NCBI GenBank assembly: GCA_001817345.1
Contig: MHIE01000003.1
Span: forward strand, 29,423-80,958
From: Candidatus Buchananbacteria bacterium RIFCSPHIGHO2_01_FULL_44_11
GTDB taxonomy: Bacteria > Patescibacteriota > Patescibacteriia > Buchananbacterales > UBA6539
Direction: 5' to 3'
Length of the DNA stretch: 51,536 nucleotides
Positions 29,665 to 39,870 of the stretch are shown in pieces. The stretch's first letter is position 1. Every line of letters begins with the position of its first letter. The notes under the pieces were generated by a model. That model searched no databases. It was not told the origin of the DNA and saw only the letters and a list, made by a program, of their open reading frames with translations. Both the position numbers and the translations under genes were made by a program.

Positions 29665-30459
29665 ATGATTGATCTATCAATTGTTATTGTTTCTTGGAAC
29701 GTCAAAAGTCTACTTAAAAAATGTCTTGAATCAATCAAAAGAAACCAGGACAATTTAAAATTGGAAGTTTTTGTTATCGATAACGCCTCCACCGATGGGA
29801 CGGTGGAAATGGCTAAAGAAGATTTTGTTTCAACTAAAAAAACGCTGATTGAATTTGTCGCCAATAAAACTAACGTCGGCTTTGCCGTGGCTAGTAACCA
29901 GGGCATTTTACGCAGTGCCGGCCGCTATGTTTTACTTTTAAACCCAGACACCGAGATTTTGAACAATGCCCTAAAAAAAGCCGTGGACTTTTTGGACCAA
30001 AATCCCCGAGCCGGCGTTTTGGGTTGCCGACACTTAAACCCCGACTGGACGCTCCAACCTTCAGTTAGGCGGCTGCCGAAACTTTGGCCGATTATCCTGA
30101 TTCTGACTAAGCTAGCCAAAATCATCCCAAATTTAAAAAGTCTGAATTACTACTTAGCCAAAGATTTTGACTATAAAGTTAACCAGCCAGCCGAGCAGGT
30201 CGCCGGTTCCTTTTTTATGATTCGGCGCCAAACAATCGAAGAAATCGGCATTTTAGACGAAAACTTTTTTATCTGGTTTGAGGAAGTTGATTTTTGCCAA
30301 CGGGCCTTGGAAGCGAGCTGGCAAATTTGGTACAACCGCGATGCCGAAATTATTCATTACGGCGGTCAAAGCTTCGCTCAGGTAATGTCTTGGAAAAAAC
30401 AATCAATGTTTTGCAAAAGCGCCATCCATTATTTTCAAAAACATGGATTTTTTCACTAA
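29665..30459 (+). CDS. GT2 family glycosyltransferase (WbbL-like)
   Basis: SIVIVSWN, DNASTDG, NVGFA, LLLNPD, FEEVDFC, IIHYGGQS. Confidence 0.9.
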   Translation: MIDLSIVIVSWNVKSLLKKCLESIKRNQDNLKLEVFVIDNASTDGTVEMAKEDFVSTKKTLIEFVANKTNVGFAVASNQGILRSAGRYVLLLNPDTEILNNALKKAVDFLDQNPRAGVLGCRHLNPDWTLQPSVRRLPKLWPIILILTKLAKIIPNLKSLNYYLAKDFDYKVNQPAEQVAGSFFMIRRQTIEEIGILDENFFIWFEEVDFCQRALEASWQIWYNRDAEIIHYGGQSFAQVMSWKKQSMFCKSAIHYFQKHGFFH

Positions 30460-31882
30460 AACTTTTTGGCTGACTTTTTTTGGCCTACTCCTGATTGAGC
30501 TAGCCTCCTGGTTAGGCTTTCTGATACCACCATTTAATCAAGCGGTTTTTTTAGTGATTTTGGCCGCAACCGCCGTTCTGAGCTTAATTAAAATTGAATA
30601 CGGCCTTTACGCTGCCTTAACCGAGTTATTTCTCGGTTCGCTTGGCTATTTGTTTTTTTGGGAAATTAACGGCACCAAAATTTCAATCCGGCTGGGAATA
30701 TTTTTAGTAATTTTTGGTGCCGGACTTCTTAAAATTTTAAAAGAAAAAAAATGGCCCTGGCCTAAAAATCAGCTCAGCTATGCCTTTTTATTTTTGGCTC
30801 TGGTGTTTAGCCTTGGCTTAGGTCGGGGGATAAGCCGTAACGATTTTAGTAACGTCTTTTTTGACGTTAACAATTGGTTTTATTTTCTGCTCCTGCCGGT
30901 ATTTTTAATCGCCATTAAAAAAGAAAGTTTAAAAATCATCGGCCAAATTCTTCTGGCGGTAACCAGCTGGCTAAGCCTCAAAACCATTTGCCTGCTGTTT
31001 TTGTTCTCCCAGACTTGGGTTCAGGTTGGGGATAAATTTTACCACTGGTTGCGGGATAGCGGGTTTGGCGAAATCACCTATATCCAAGGCAGCTTGTTTA
31101 GAATTTTTTCCCAGTCCCAGATTTACATCCTGATTGGTTTTATTTTAGCCTTGGGTTTAATTCTAGCCAGTAATCAAATCGCTAAAACCCAAAAAAAATG
31201 GTTCTGGCTTTATCTTTACCTAACCAGCCTAACCTTAATCATTAGTCAATCCCGTAGTTTCTGGCTGGGCGGACTAGCCGGTTTGGTAATTTTAGCTTAT
31301 TTGGTCAAAACCAAGCTAGAGGTTAGATTCAAAAAAATAGCGGCCATAGGCGCTTTAGTGGTAATTATTGTCGCTTCCCATTTATTCACCATTCAATTAA
31401 TCACCGGTAACTTTTCCGGCAACCTAATCAGTGATCGATTTAAAGACTTGGAAAGCCAGGCGGCTGCCAGCAGCCGGCTCAACCAGCTTGAACCTTTGAT
31501 TTCTAACATCGGCCAAAGTCCTTTCTTCGGTTACGGTTTTGGTAAAGAGCTGACTTACCAAAGTAATGACCCGCGGATCCTCCAAAGTCATCCGGGCGGA
31601 CAATACACCACTTACGCCTTTGAATGGGGCTACCTGGATATTATTTTAAAAATTGGCATCTTAGGTTTAGCGGCCTATCTTTATTTAATCGGCGTCGTCG
31701 CTTATCAAATATTAAAAAAATTTCGAATTTCTAATTTTGAATTTCGAAATTATTACGTGGGTTTACTGGCCGGCTTAGCCGGCTTATTGGTGGTTAATAT
31801 TTTTTCGCCTTATTTGAATCATCCGCTGGGAATAGGCTATCTGCTCTTACTGGCCAGCTTGGCCAGCCTTGATAACGCTTAA
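30443..31882 (+). CDS. O-antigen ligase/polymerase (Wzy_C) family membrane protein
   Basis: Multi-TM; SQSRSFWLG, PFFGYGFG, GYLDIILKIGILG. Confidence 0.8.
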   Translation: MDFFTKTFWLTFFGLLLIELASWLGFLIPPFNQAVFLVILAATAVLSLIKIEYGLYAALTELFLGSLGYLFFWEINGTKISIRLGIFLVIFGAGLLKILKEKKWPWPKNQLSYAFLFLALVFSLGLGRGISRNDFSNVFFDVNNWFYFLLLPVFLIAIKKESLKIIGQILLAVTSWLSLKTICLLFLFSQTWVQVGDKFYHWLRDSGFGEITYIQGSLFRIFSQSQIYILIGFILALGLILASNQIAKTQKKWFWLYLYLTSLTLIISQSRSFWLGGLAGLVILAYLVKTKLEVRFKKIAAIGALVVIIVASHLFTIQLITGNFSGNLISDRFKDLESQAAASSRLNQLEPLISNIGQSPFFGYGFGKELTYQSNDPRILQSHPGGQYTTYAFEWGYLDIILKIGILGLAAYLYLIGVVAYQILKKFRISNFEFRNYYVGLLAGLAGLLVVNIFSPYLNHPLGIGYLLLLASLASLDNA

Positions 31883-32823
31883 CCTAAAACCTGGTTCACT
31901 ATATTGCTATACCCCCGCAAAAAGTCGGAAGCGGAAACTTCATTTTTACCTTCCAGCTGGAGCCGCTCAAGCTTAATTGCCCCGGTTTGGCAGGCAACGG
32001 CTAACTGCCCGCCTGCATCGATAAATACCGTACCTGAGGCTAAGTTGGCCTTAAAATCAGCCTCTAAAACGCTCAAATTTGCGATTTTAAGCCTTTTACC
32101 TTGCCACTGGGTATAAACCCCGGGCCAGGGACAAAAGGCCCGGAATTGCCGAGATATTTCCAAGGCGGTTTTTTGCCAATTAACTAGGCCATCGTCGCGT
32201 TTAATGATTTTAGTCAAAGTCGCTTGAGATTCAATTTGAGCCTGGGGCTTTAAGCTTTGATTAATAATTTGGGGTAAAGTTGAAAGCAGTAAGTCAGCAC
32301 CCACCACTGCCAAACGCTGATGCAAAGTCTGATTGGTGTCTATTGGTAAAATCACTATTTTTTTTTGAATAAAAACCGGACCGTGGTCCATTTTTCTATC
32401 CAGTTGCATGACACTAACGCCAGTTTCAGTTTCTCCGTTTAAAATTGCAGTCTGGACTGGAGAAGGTCCGCGATACATTGGGAGCAGGGAAGGGTGGACA
32501 TTAATAAAGCCGAACTTGGGAATGCTTAAGACTTTAGGGCTGATCATTTTGCCGTAAGCAACCAAAAGGCAAATGTCCGGCTGAGATTGAGTTAAAATTT
32601 CGTAAAGCTCGTCTTGGATCTTTGGCTGAGCCACGGCTAAGCCATGTTCCAGCGCCAGTAGTTTAACCGGCGGCGGCTGCAACTGCTGTTTTCGGCCGGC
32701 CGGCTCATCCGGCTGGGTAATGACTAAAACAGGCTTGTAGTCGCTGTCAACTAAAGCCTGCAAAAATGGCCGGGCAAATTCCGGCGTGCCAAGAAAGATT
32801 ATTTTTGGCTGAATCTCAAGCAT
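31879..32823 (-). CDS. fmt: Methionyl-tRNA formyltransferase
   Basis: FLGTPEFA, TQPD, VAYG, INVHPSLLPMYRGPSP, MDHG, PWPG. Confidence 0.96.
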   Translation of the reverse strand: MLEIQPKIIFLGTPEFARPFLQALVDSDYKPVLVITQPDEPAGRKQQLQPPPVKLLALEHGLAVAQPKIQDELYEILTQSQPDICLLVAYGKMISPKVLSIPKFGFINVHPSLLPMYRGPSPVQTAILNGETETGVSVMQLDRKMDHGPVFIQKKIVILPIDTNQTLHQRLAVVGADLLLSTLPQIINQSLKPQAQIESQATLTKIIKRDDGLVNWQKTALEISRQFRAFCPWPGVYTQWQGKRLKIANLSVLEADFKANLASGTVFIDAGGQLAVACQTGAIKLERLQLEGKNEVSASDFLRGYSNIVNQVLG

Positions 32824-32902
32824 AATTTGAATTATGAATATTGAATTATGAATTAAGAATCAAAGCTAATATTCCCTAATTCTTGATTCATAATTCCTAA
32901 TT
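32824..32902. repeat. AT-rich 7-bp periodic repeat arranged as an inverted pair
   Basis: AATTATG-AATATTG-AATTATG-AATTAAG ... AATTCTT-GATTCAT-AATTCCT. Confidence 0.75.
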
Positions 32903-33394
32903 CTAATCCCTCTGCCGATCACGTGGCGGGCCGCCGTAAATCTTTTTTGTCCGATCGATAAACAGAATACCGTTGATGTGGTCAACTTCGTGCTGAATGA
33001 CCCGGGCAAAAAAGCCCTTAGCGGTAAAAGATATTTTTTTGCCTTGCTGATTGTAAGCGGAAACTTTAATTTTAGTTAACCTTTTTACCAAGCCAAATTT
33101 GTCGGGAACGCTTAAGCAACCTTCTTCGCCTTCATTTTTCAGCCAAGATTTGCTTGTAATCTGAGGGTTGATTAAAACTAAAATGCCGTCCTGAGTTTCA
33201 ATCAAAGCCAGCTGCAATAATTTACCGACCTGGACGGCCGCCAAACCCACACCATTATTCGCCTTCATGGTTTGCTCCATATCACTAATCAATTGCTGAA
33301 TTTCAGGTTGAGTTATTTTGGCCACGGCAATCGGCTGAGATTTTTGATGCAGTAAAGGACTGGGCAGAATTGTCAGCGGTAAAACTTTAGCCAT
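32903..33394 (-). CDS. def: Peptide deformylase
   Basis: GVGLAAVQ, EGCLS, QHEVDH. Confidence 0.97.
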   Translation of the reverse strand: MAKVLPLTILPSPLLHQKSQPIAVAKITQPEIQQLISDMEQTMKANNGVGLAAVQVGKLLQLALIETQDGILVLINPQITSKSWLKNEGEEGCLSVPDKFGLVKRLTKIKVSAYNQQGKKISFTAKGFFARVIQHEVDHINGILFIDRTKKIYGGPPRDRQRD

Positions 33395-33577
33395 AAAATT
33401 ACACCAATATTATATCACAATTTCCGGTTTCTGACTTTGCTCGACGATTAAAACAGGAATTAACAATTATAGATGTAAATTGAGCTATTGTCAACCCAAA
33501 AAAATTTGACTTTAAAATGCTGAGGTGATAAAAATAAGCTATCACTATTGGGAGGTGTGCCATGAAAGGAGGCAACC

Positions 33578-33880
33578 ATGGCAAATCACCAGAAAGCCGA
33601 CAATGTCCAAATCTGGACAGTTCTGCTGGTACTGGCCTTGGTTTCATTGTTCACTATCGGTTTGACACTTTGCTCAGCCGAACTGCCGTATCATTACCTA
33701 CTGATTGGCAGGATCCTGCTGGCGCTACCCGTTATCTGGCTGGTTACCGGCTTTGTCTGTATCGGCCGAGACACTGGCTGGAATGTATTTAACTGGCAGA
33801 GTTTCGATTTCTACTTTGTCCTCTGGATAGTGCCAATACTGTTTCTCTTACTTTTTATGAGTAAAGAAAAGGAAGAGTAG
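33578..33880 (+). CDS. Small 3-TM hypothetical membrane protein in its own transcription unit
   Basis: SD AAAGGAGG; three hydrophobic stretches; terminator AAGACGGGA/TCCCGTCTT plus T run at 33935-33961. Confidence 0.6.
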   Translation: MANHQKADNVQIWTVLLVLALVSLFTIGLTLCSAELPYHYLLIGRILLALPVIWLVTGFVCIGRDTGWNVFNWQSFDFYFVLWIVPILFLLLFMSKEKEE

Positions 33881-34014
33881 AAAAACAACGCCACCAAGGG
33901 GATAAAAATTCCAAAACGTCAAACCAATCTGCTTAAGACGGGAATTTCCCGTCTTTTTTTTCTTGGTCTAAATTGCTATAATCTATAATACAGAAAAGTA
34001 TTGACCAAAAAACT

Positions 34015-34290
34015 ATGCCTATAGACAAAGGTTTTGAATCGTTCAAAGACATTCTGGAAAACAAAGTGACTAAAAAAGCGCCAGCCTACCCCTGGCAGGA
34101 TTTGGCTTTGGCGATTATTGACGAATTGGCGGTGCCCGGCTACAAACGCAACAGCGTATTTTTGGTCTGTAAACAGCACCCCCGGGCGTTTGTGGAAAAA
34201 TGCCTTAATGATACTAAAGAGCTTTGCCAAACAGACGAGAAGTGGAAATACTTTTTCAAGCTGGCGGCAAAAAGTGACGCCGCTAAATAA
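34015..34290 (+). CDS. Hypothetical 91-aa protein
   Basis: Clean ORF with host-like codon use; KAPAYPWQDLAL..WKYFFK resembles a small family recalled from CPR genomes. Confidence 0.7.
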   Translation: MPIDKGFESFKDILENKVTKKAPAYPWQDLALAIIDELAVPGYKRNSVFLVCKQHPRAFVEKCLNDTKELCQTDEKWKYFFKLAAKSDAAK

Positions 34291-34328
34291 GACTCGCAAA
34301 AACCGAGCTGGCCTTTCGGCCGGATTTT

Positions 34329-35348
34329 TTAATTATCCAAGGGCGCGCTGACCGGATCGCCAATGACATAATTGATAAAAAATGTCGGTGGAATGTCATC
34401 AATATATTTACTCCAGTTAGCGCCGTACATACTGACCGCGATTTCCGGACTGGTCACCCAGCGTAAGACCCCGCCCTGGTCAACGACGTAAGTTTTCGGA
34501 TCAGTTTCAATTTTAACCATCCGGCTGCCCGGCCGGTAAGTGACATTGCCGCCCAAAGGAATTTGGCTCATGATTGCTTCACCTAAAACCGTGACGTTAG
34601 AAAAATCCGGGTACCAAGAAGCGTAAACTTGGCTGGTCGGGAAAACATAACGCCTGGAATCCGCCCCGCAAAAATAAACTGACTTGGAGTCAGGCAGTTT
34701 GATTAAAGAACCAGCGGCGCATAAAGCTTTTCTGCTTGGATCAACCGTCAGGCCCTTGTCGTGATTAATTGTCGGCGCGCGCAATTTCGCCGCTGCCGGA
34801 TCAAAGGTGCCGCTTATAGTGGACTGCTTCAAAGATGGGTAAGGGTCAATCGCGACGCCAGATGGCGTCCGAATTTCAAAATGCAGATGCGAAGTTGTGC
34901 CTTCAGCATTGCCGCTGTCACCAACCCAGCCGACCAGTTGCCCCCGAATCACCGGAGTGCCGCGCTTAATTGTTCCAGGGAAAGCGTAGAGGCTGCCACC
35001 CAGGCCGTCATCAGTGCCGGGCGTGTCGTTATTAATATGCAAATAGCGGTAACTGTAGCCGTCCGCATCCCGAATAAAAACGCCAAAGCCCCAATCGCGC
35101 TCTTCAAAAGTTATCAACTGAACCGTGCCGTCCACGGCGGAAACTAAGGGCGTCATTTTGGCGGCAAAAATATCCACGCCTTCATGAATCCGGCCGCCGG
35201 AGCGCGGATCACCGAAACTGGTGGAATAATTATTTTCTCCGGCCACGGGAAACTCAATGTCGCGGATAATTGTTTCCGCGGCGCTGAGGGGCAGCGGCAG
35301 ACACAGCAGAGTTAAAAAAAATACGGTTAAAATCTTTCTAATAGCCAT
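34329..35348 (-). CDS. Secreted M23 family peptidase with C-terminal CPR-type surface repeats
   Basis: Signal peptide; HEGVDIFA, YLHINND, HLHFE; GSLIK..VYF..RRYVFP repeat. Confidence 0.88.
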   Translation of the reverse strand: MAIRKILTVFFLTLLCLPLPLSAAETIIRDIEFPVAGENNYSTSFGDPRSGGRIHEGVDIFAAKMTPLVSAVDGTVQLITFEERDWGFGVFIRDADGYSYRYLHINNDTPGTDDGLGGSLYAFPGTIKRGTPVIRGQLVGWVGDSGNAEGTTSHLHFEIRTPSGVAIDPYPSLKQSTISGTFDPAAAKLRAPTINHDKGLTVDPSRKALCAAGSLIKLPDSKSVYFCGADSRRYVFPTSQVYASWYPDFSNVTVLGEAIMSQIPLGGNVTYRPGSRMVKIETDPKTYVVDQGGVLRWVTSPEIAVSMYGANWSKYIDDIPPTFFINYVIGDPVSAPLDN

Positions 35349-35514
35349 ATATTTGCATTATAGCATAAAATCCCTCGTGAGGCGATCTTTATTTTGGCTA
35401 AAACATTGACAATTTCTCTAAAATTAGCTAAGGTGCAACCGCTGACAAACAGGCTCAACTGCCTTTTTGCCTATAGCGAAAAATGTATTCATCTCATTTC
35501 TCAAGGAGGGCAAA

Positions 35515-36678
35515 ATGAGAACGCTTCATCCCCGAGCCCGCGTTATTGAAGCTTTCCGGCGGACCTACGGCGCGAAACCAGAATTTCTCGTTCGGGCGCC
35601 GGGCCGGGTCAATTTGATCGGCGAACACATCGATTACAACGGCGGCCACGTTTTGCCCATGGCGATTGACTTTGGCATCTGGATCGCCTTGCGGCCGCGA
35701 CCCGACGACCAAGTTCATGTTATGTCGCTGGATTTTGAAGACAGCGACGTCTTTATCCTGAGCGACCTGGAAAAAGGCGAACCCGGCTGGATTGAGTACC
35801 TCAAAGGAGTGGCCTGGGCATTGCAAGCTAGCGGCCGGCGGTTGTGCGGCTGGGAGGGGACTATCGCCGGTAACGTGCCGATTGGCGCCGGACTCAGCTC
35901 TTCAGCCGCACTGGAGATCGCCACGATGTGAGCATTTCTGGCCGCGGCCAAGCAAACCGATAACCTCGATCCAAAGCTTTTGGCGGTTTACGCCCAGCAA
36001 GCCGAAAACCAATGGGTGGGCGTCAAGTGCGGTGTTATGGACCAGATGATTTCTGCTCTTGGCCAGCCGGGACATGCCCTGCTGATCGATTGCCACCCAA
36101 CGCTTGAAACTAGGTTGGTGCCGCTGCCGCAAGGAATCACCGTTGTCATCATGGACACGACAAAACGCCGCGAGCTAAAAGGTTCAAACTACAACGAACG
36201 CCGGGAAAGCTGCGAGCTGGCTGCCAAGCAACTCGGCGTCAAATTGCTCTGCGACCTTAACCTGACTGATTTCATGGCTCAGAGAGGCAGCATCAAGTCC
36301 GGCATGGTTTTCAAACGGGCACTTCACGTCATCGGCGAAAACGACCGTACCCTCAAAGCGGCCCAAGCTTTAACCGCCGGCGACACGGTCATATGCGGCC
36401 ACCTGATGAGCCAAAGCCACACCAGCCTGCGTGACGACTTTGAAGTTTCGTGTCCGGAGTTGGATGCGATGGTCCAAGCGGCCCAAAGCCATGCGGCCTG
36501 CTTAGGCGCGCGGATGACCGGCGCGGGTTTCGGCGGCTGCGCCGTGGCGTTGGTAGCTAATGACGGACTGCGTGATTTTATGCAGACCGTTTCAAACAAA
36601 TACTACCAGGTCACTAGGCTCGAGCCTAATCTGTATGCCTGCCAAGCGTCAGCCGGCGTGACCGTGGAAGCACTGTAA
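35515..36678 (+). pseudogene. galK: Galactokinase interrupted by one in-frame TGA (35929-35931)
   Basis: APGRVNLIGEHIDYN, GAGLSSSAA, CGVMDQ, GARMTGAGFGG; both ORF halves are in one frame; SD AAGGAGG, promoter 35406-35434, terminator 36719-36741. Confidence 0.85.
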
Positions 36679-36748
36679 TCAATCAGGCTTCGTTCTTTAC
36701 CAAACATTAATCTGCTCTGAGACCATGTGGTCTCTTTTTTTAGCAAAC

Positions 36749-36775
36749 AAAAAATCGCCCCGAGGGCGATTTTTT
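36749..36775 (-). terminator. Intrinsic terminator of the cold-shock gene
   Basis: AAAAAATCGCCC-CGA-GGGCGATTTTTT. Confidence 0.8.
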
Positions 36776-36797
36776 GAAAAACTCTTAATAGAACATC

Positions 36798-36998
36798 TTA
36801 GACTTTCTTAAGGTTGATAGCGGCTGGGCCCCGATCGCCTTGTTCAACTTCAAAAGTAACCGTATCGCCTTCTTTAAGATCCTCAAAATTGACCCCGTCG
36901 AGTTTGGCGCTACTGAAGAATACATCTTTTTCAACGCCTTCTTGGCCGATAAAACCAAATTTTCTTTCAGCCACGATTTTTTTTATGATTCCTTGCAT
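36798..36998 (-). CDS. Cold-shock domain protein
   Basis: KFGFI (RNP1), DVFF, LKEGDTVTFEVEQGDRGPAA; promoter TTGACA-17-TAGTAT at 37161-37189 gives a ~155-nt leader. Confidence 0.93.
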   Translation of the reverse strand: MQGIIKKIVAERKFGFIGQEGVEKDVFFSSAKLDGVNFEDLKEGDTVTFEVEQGDRGPAAINLKKV

Positions 36999-37253
36999 AA
37001 TTGATTTATGAATAAAATAAATTAACTTGCAATAGCAATTAGAAATTCGACTAAATTTCCAAATTAACTATATTCCGTAGCCTTACAGAAATAATATTTC
37101 AGTAAGCTCCGGAACCTTTAAGAAGAAAAGGTTGCTCTACCTTCTTAAGGTAGCAACGTAATACTATCACAAGCTCTTTTTAGTGTCAATGTAAAACGAT
37201 TAAAAAACCGCCCCTGAGGCGATTTTGAGAAAACGGCAGTAATCTGAAAAAAA

Positions 37254-37472
37254 CTAAAGTTGGAAAAACTTTAGCAACTCATAAACTAGAATAGCCGGCC
37301 AGACTATAGCTTTCAGAATGCCCAGTGCTCCGAGCCCAAACGTGTCAGCCTGGCCAAGATAATAAACCGCGGCGCCAATTAGCCCCAAGCCATAAACCGC
37401 GCTCGCAGTCCCGTCGGACTTGCCGTGGCAACACCATTTTTTCTTCTCAGGGGATAAATCTTGGTCAGTCAT
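37254..37472 (-). CDS. Small hypothetical membrane protein
   Basis: AVYGLGLIGAAVYY..GILKAIVWPAILVY, two hydrophobic helices. Confidence 0.75.
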   Translation of the reverse strand: MTDQDLSPEKKKWCCHGKSDGTASAVYGLGLIGAAVYYLGQADTFGLGALGILKAIVWPAILVYELLKFFQL

Positions 37473-37477
37473 ATTAT

Positions 37478-38275
37478 TTATTGAAACTTAAAGTTAACCA
37501 CCGCATAACCGACACCGAACGGACCTTCGTAAGATAAGACCTCCGGCACGACGTTGATAGTATCAATTATGCCCAGTAAAACAATAATGGAACGTAAGCC
37601 GCATTCCGACGCTTCACCGATCAACTTGGGATCAAGGTTTAAAATGCCCTGAATGTCTTTTTTAGCAATCAAATCAACCAACTTTTTATCAAACTCCGCC
37701 CCTTTGGCTGAATAGCCGGCCGGTGTGTCTTTAGTCAATTTGTGCGACAAGTCACCGGAGGCGATCACGCCATAGCGCTTATCCAGCCGCGAGAGCTGCT
37801 GATATAAAAATTGACCGAATTTAAAATGCTCGCTATAACTTAGAGCGCAAGGCGTAATGGGAATAATCGGCAAATCCTTGAGATGCTGGAGTAAATAATA
37901 AAGCGGCACGGCCGAACCGTGGTCAATTTCCGGTTCACTAGTTAAAACAATCGGCACCACCTTGTTAGTTTCGTCGCCAGCCCGGATTTCTTGAATTGAC
38001 AGATAGTCACTTTTGAATTTTAACGATAAAGAAAAATCGCCAAACTCTTTAAAGCTAGCGTTGTAGTCGGCACTCAAATTAATGCTGAAAGAATCTTCTA
38101 AAATTTTACCGTGGGGCGAAATCACCAACAAACTATCGGGCTTAGCCGCGTAAAGTTCTTTTTCCAAAGTCTCCAGCGCCGGCTTAGTTTCAGCCAGTTT
38201 GGTTAAATTTTCTTTGCCAATTTCTGGAATTAAAACCGGCGGATGGGGACTGATGCCGGCAAATACTAAAGGCAT
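37478..38275 (-). CDS. MEMO1/LigB-like (AmmeMemoRadiSam protein B / class III dioxygenase fold) protein
   Basis: SPHPP, ISPH, DHGSAVPL, ASGDLSH, ECG, YEGPFGVGY. Confidence 0.85.
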   Translation of the reverse strand: MPLVFAGISPHPPVLIPEIGKENLTKLAETKPALETLEKELYAAKPDSLLVISPHGKILEDSFSINLSADYNASFKEFGDFSLSLKFKSDYLSIQEIRAGDETNKVVPIVLTSEPEIDHGSAVPLYYLLQHLKDLPIIPITPCALSYSEHFKFGQFLYQQLSRLDKRYGVIASGDLSHKLTKDTPAGYSAKGAEFDKKLVDLIAKKDIQGILNLDPKLIGEASECGLRSIIVLLGIIDTINVVPEVLSYEGPFGVGYAVVNFKFQ

Positions 38276-38282
38276 ATAGTTT

Positions 38283-38476
38283 AATTTCTAATTTCTCCCG
38301 CTACTTAAATCTTTAATGTGATAAAGAAAGCGGGATCCCGCCGGAGGCGGTGATAAGTCCTAATTTCTAAATAAATTCCAAATTCTAAATCCCAATGTCT
38401 TAAACGGTTTGGGGTTTGGATAATTTAAACATTATAATTTGTTTAGGATTTCGATATTAGGGTTTAGGATTTATTA
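38283..38476. repeat. 7-bp periodic AT-rich element carrying an inserted GC-clamped hairpin
   Basis: TTTCTAA/TTCCAAA-type units, then TTTAGGA-TTTCGAT-ATTAGGG-TTTAGGA; CCCGCT...AGCGGG and CCGCCGGAGGCGG inside. Confidence 0.7.
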
Positions 38477-38479
38477 CTC

Positions 38480-39817
38480 TTACTCTATATCAGCGCCCAG
38501 CGGATGAATCGCCACGGCTTGAGGCGTAGTAGTAATTATATTATCCCATTTGTAGCTGAACCTGTCAAAAGCGGCTTCGGTTTTTAGCCAGCGCCTCTCG
38601 CCGTTAGAAATAACGTAAACTTTGGCATCGTCATTGGCCCGAATCAACTCACCGTCTTTGAATTTGACCGGCAAACCGCCCAGATAAGCATCAAGGATTT
38701 CCGGGCTGACCGCAGTTAAAACTTTACCGCTGAAATTAGCTTTCATGATTTCTCTAGAATAGATCGGGTACTTGATGCCGTTTTCCACAAAATAAACCCC
38801 GCCGCTTTGGTTATCCTGGAGCAAAGCACCGGTCGGATAAGTGCTTTCTAAAGTGATTTCTTGACCCATAATATAACCGGCTAAGTCAGCTTCTACTACC
38901 GGCTCAACTTCTTCATAATTAAAACCGATTTGACGGAAAACTTCCGGGGTGGTGATGTGGCGCAATTCATCATTAACTAACAAATAAATTTTGCCGTTCG
39001 GGGTGGCTAAAAGCGAATAGTTGTGAAATTTGATTGACGGACCGACTTCGTATTTTTCTAAATCGGTTTGGGAGACGGTTAAAATTTTTCTGGGATCAAA
39101 CCGGGAAAGTAAAACGCCCCAGGAGGTAATCAGTCGCCGGCCGCCGTATTGAACCAGCCAAACGCCCGGACTACCCGGCGCTTTAAGCAGTGAACCGTCC
39201 GGATAATCTTTGGCCCAATAATCCAGCCAAATTTTGGAAAAGCGGCTGTTGCCCGAATAGTGCGGCGTGTAATTATATAAAGACGCCGTGGCTTGATTGA
39301 CCGGCGCGATGATAAAGCCGTCAATTTCATATTGCTGTCCAGCTTGGTAAGTCCAGTCATGAGGGTTATCCAGGTACTGCCGGAATTGCCAGGCCGCGCC
39401 GTCAACTTGTTTGCCAAAATGCAAAGTGGAAACGTTGCAAGAACCGTCATCCGGACAGCGGTAACCCATGGCCCGGTCAAGCTGTTTTTGGCTGGGAAAA
39501 ATATTGCCAACCAAGCTCTGCTCTTTTTGCAGAGTGGCTAAAATCACTTTGGGATTAATTTTACTTTCCTGGGCCGCCTGCCAGATAATCTGCGAGGCCT
39601 TAACCACTTTACCCTGGTAGTCTTCCAAATACAGGGGAGCTAGGCCGCTATTTTGTTCTGTCAAAAACCGCTGAATCCCGACTAAAGACAAGGAATCATA
39701 GTCAGTCATCTCTTCGTCGGTAATGATAAAATGGGGATTAAAATAATACTCTGCCTTAACCGATAAAGGCGTCAGTAAAAAGCTGAAAATAATTAATAAA
39801 ACGACTATTTTTTTCAT
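38480..39817 (-). CDS. Secreted protein with a putative lysozyme-like N-terminal domain and CPR-type surface repeats
   Basis: Signal peptide; INPKVILATLQKEQSL..AMGYRCPD..LYNYTPH; four G-x-L-hydrophobic..VY repeats. Confidence 0.7.
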   Translation of the reverse strand: MKKIVVLLIIFSFLLTPLSVKAEYYFNPHFIITDEEMTDYDSLSLVGIQRFLTEQNSGLAPLYLEDYQGKVVKASQIIWQAAQESKINPKVILATLQKEQSLVGNIFPSQKQLDRAMGYRCPDDGSCNVSTLHFGKQVDGAAWQFRQYLDNPHDWTYQAGQQYEIDGFIIAPVNQATASLYNYTPHYSGNSRFSKIWLDYWAKDYPDGSLLKAPGSPGVWLVQYGGRRLITSWGVLLSRFDPRKILTVSQTDLEKYEVGPSIKFHNYSLLATPNGKIYLLVNDELRHITTPEVFRQIGFNYEEVEPVVEADLAGYIMGQEITLESTYPTGALLQDNQSGGVYFVENGIKYPIYSREIMKANFSGKVLTAVSPEILDAYLGGLPVKFKDGELIRANDDAKVYVISNGERRWLKTEAAFDRFSYKWDNIITTTPQAVAIHPLGADIE

Positions 39818-39870
39818 ATTAGCTTTAGTTGATTATAACATTTTTAATTGGTATAATTCAATCAGACCGT

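Noticed and set aside
35929-35931. TGA in galK as evidence for genetic code 25 or selenocysteine
   Set aside because: TGA is a normal stop elsewhere (ftsE, mnmA, 24832, 29639), no other gene has an internal TGA, and the position is not a catalytic Cys
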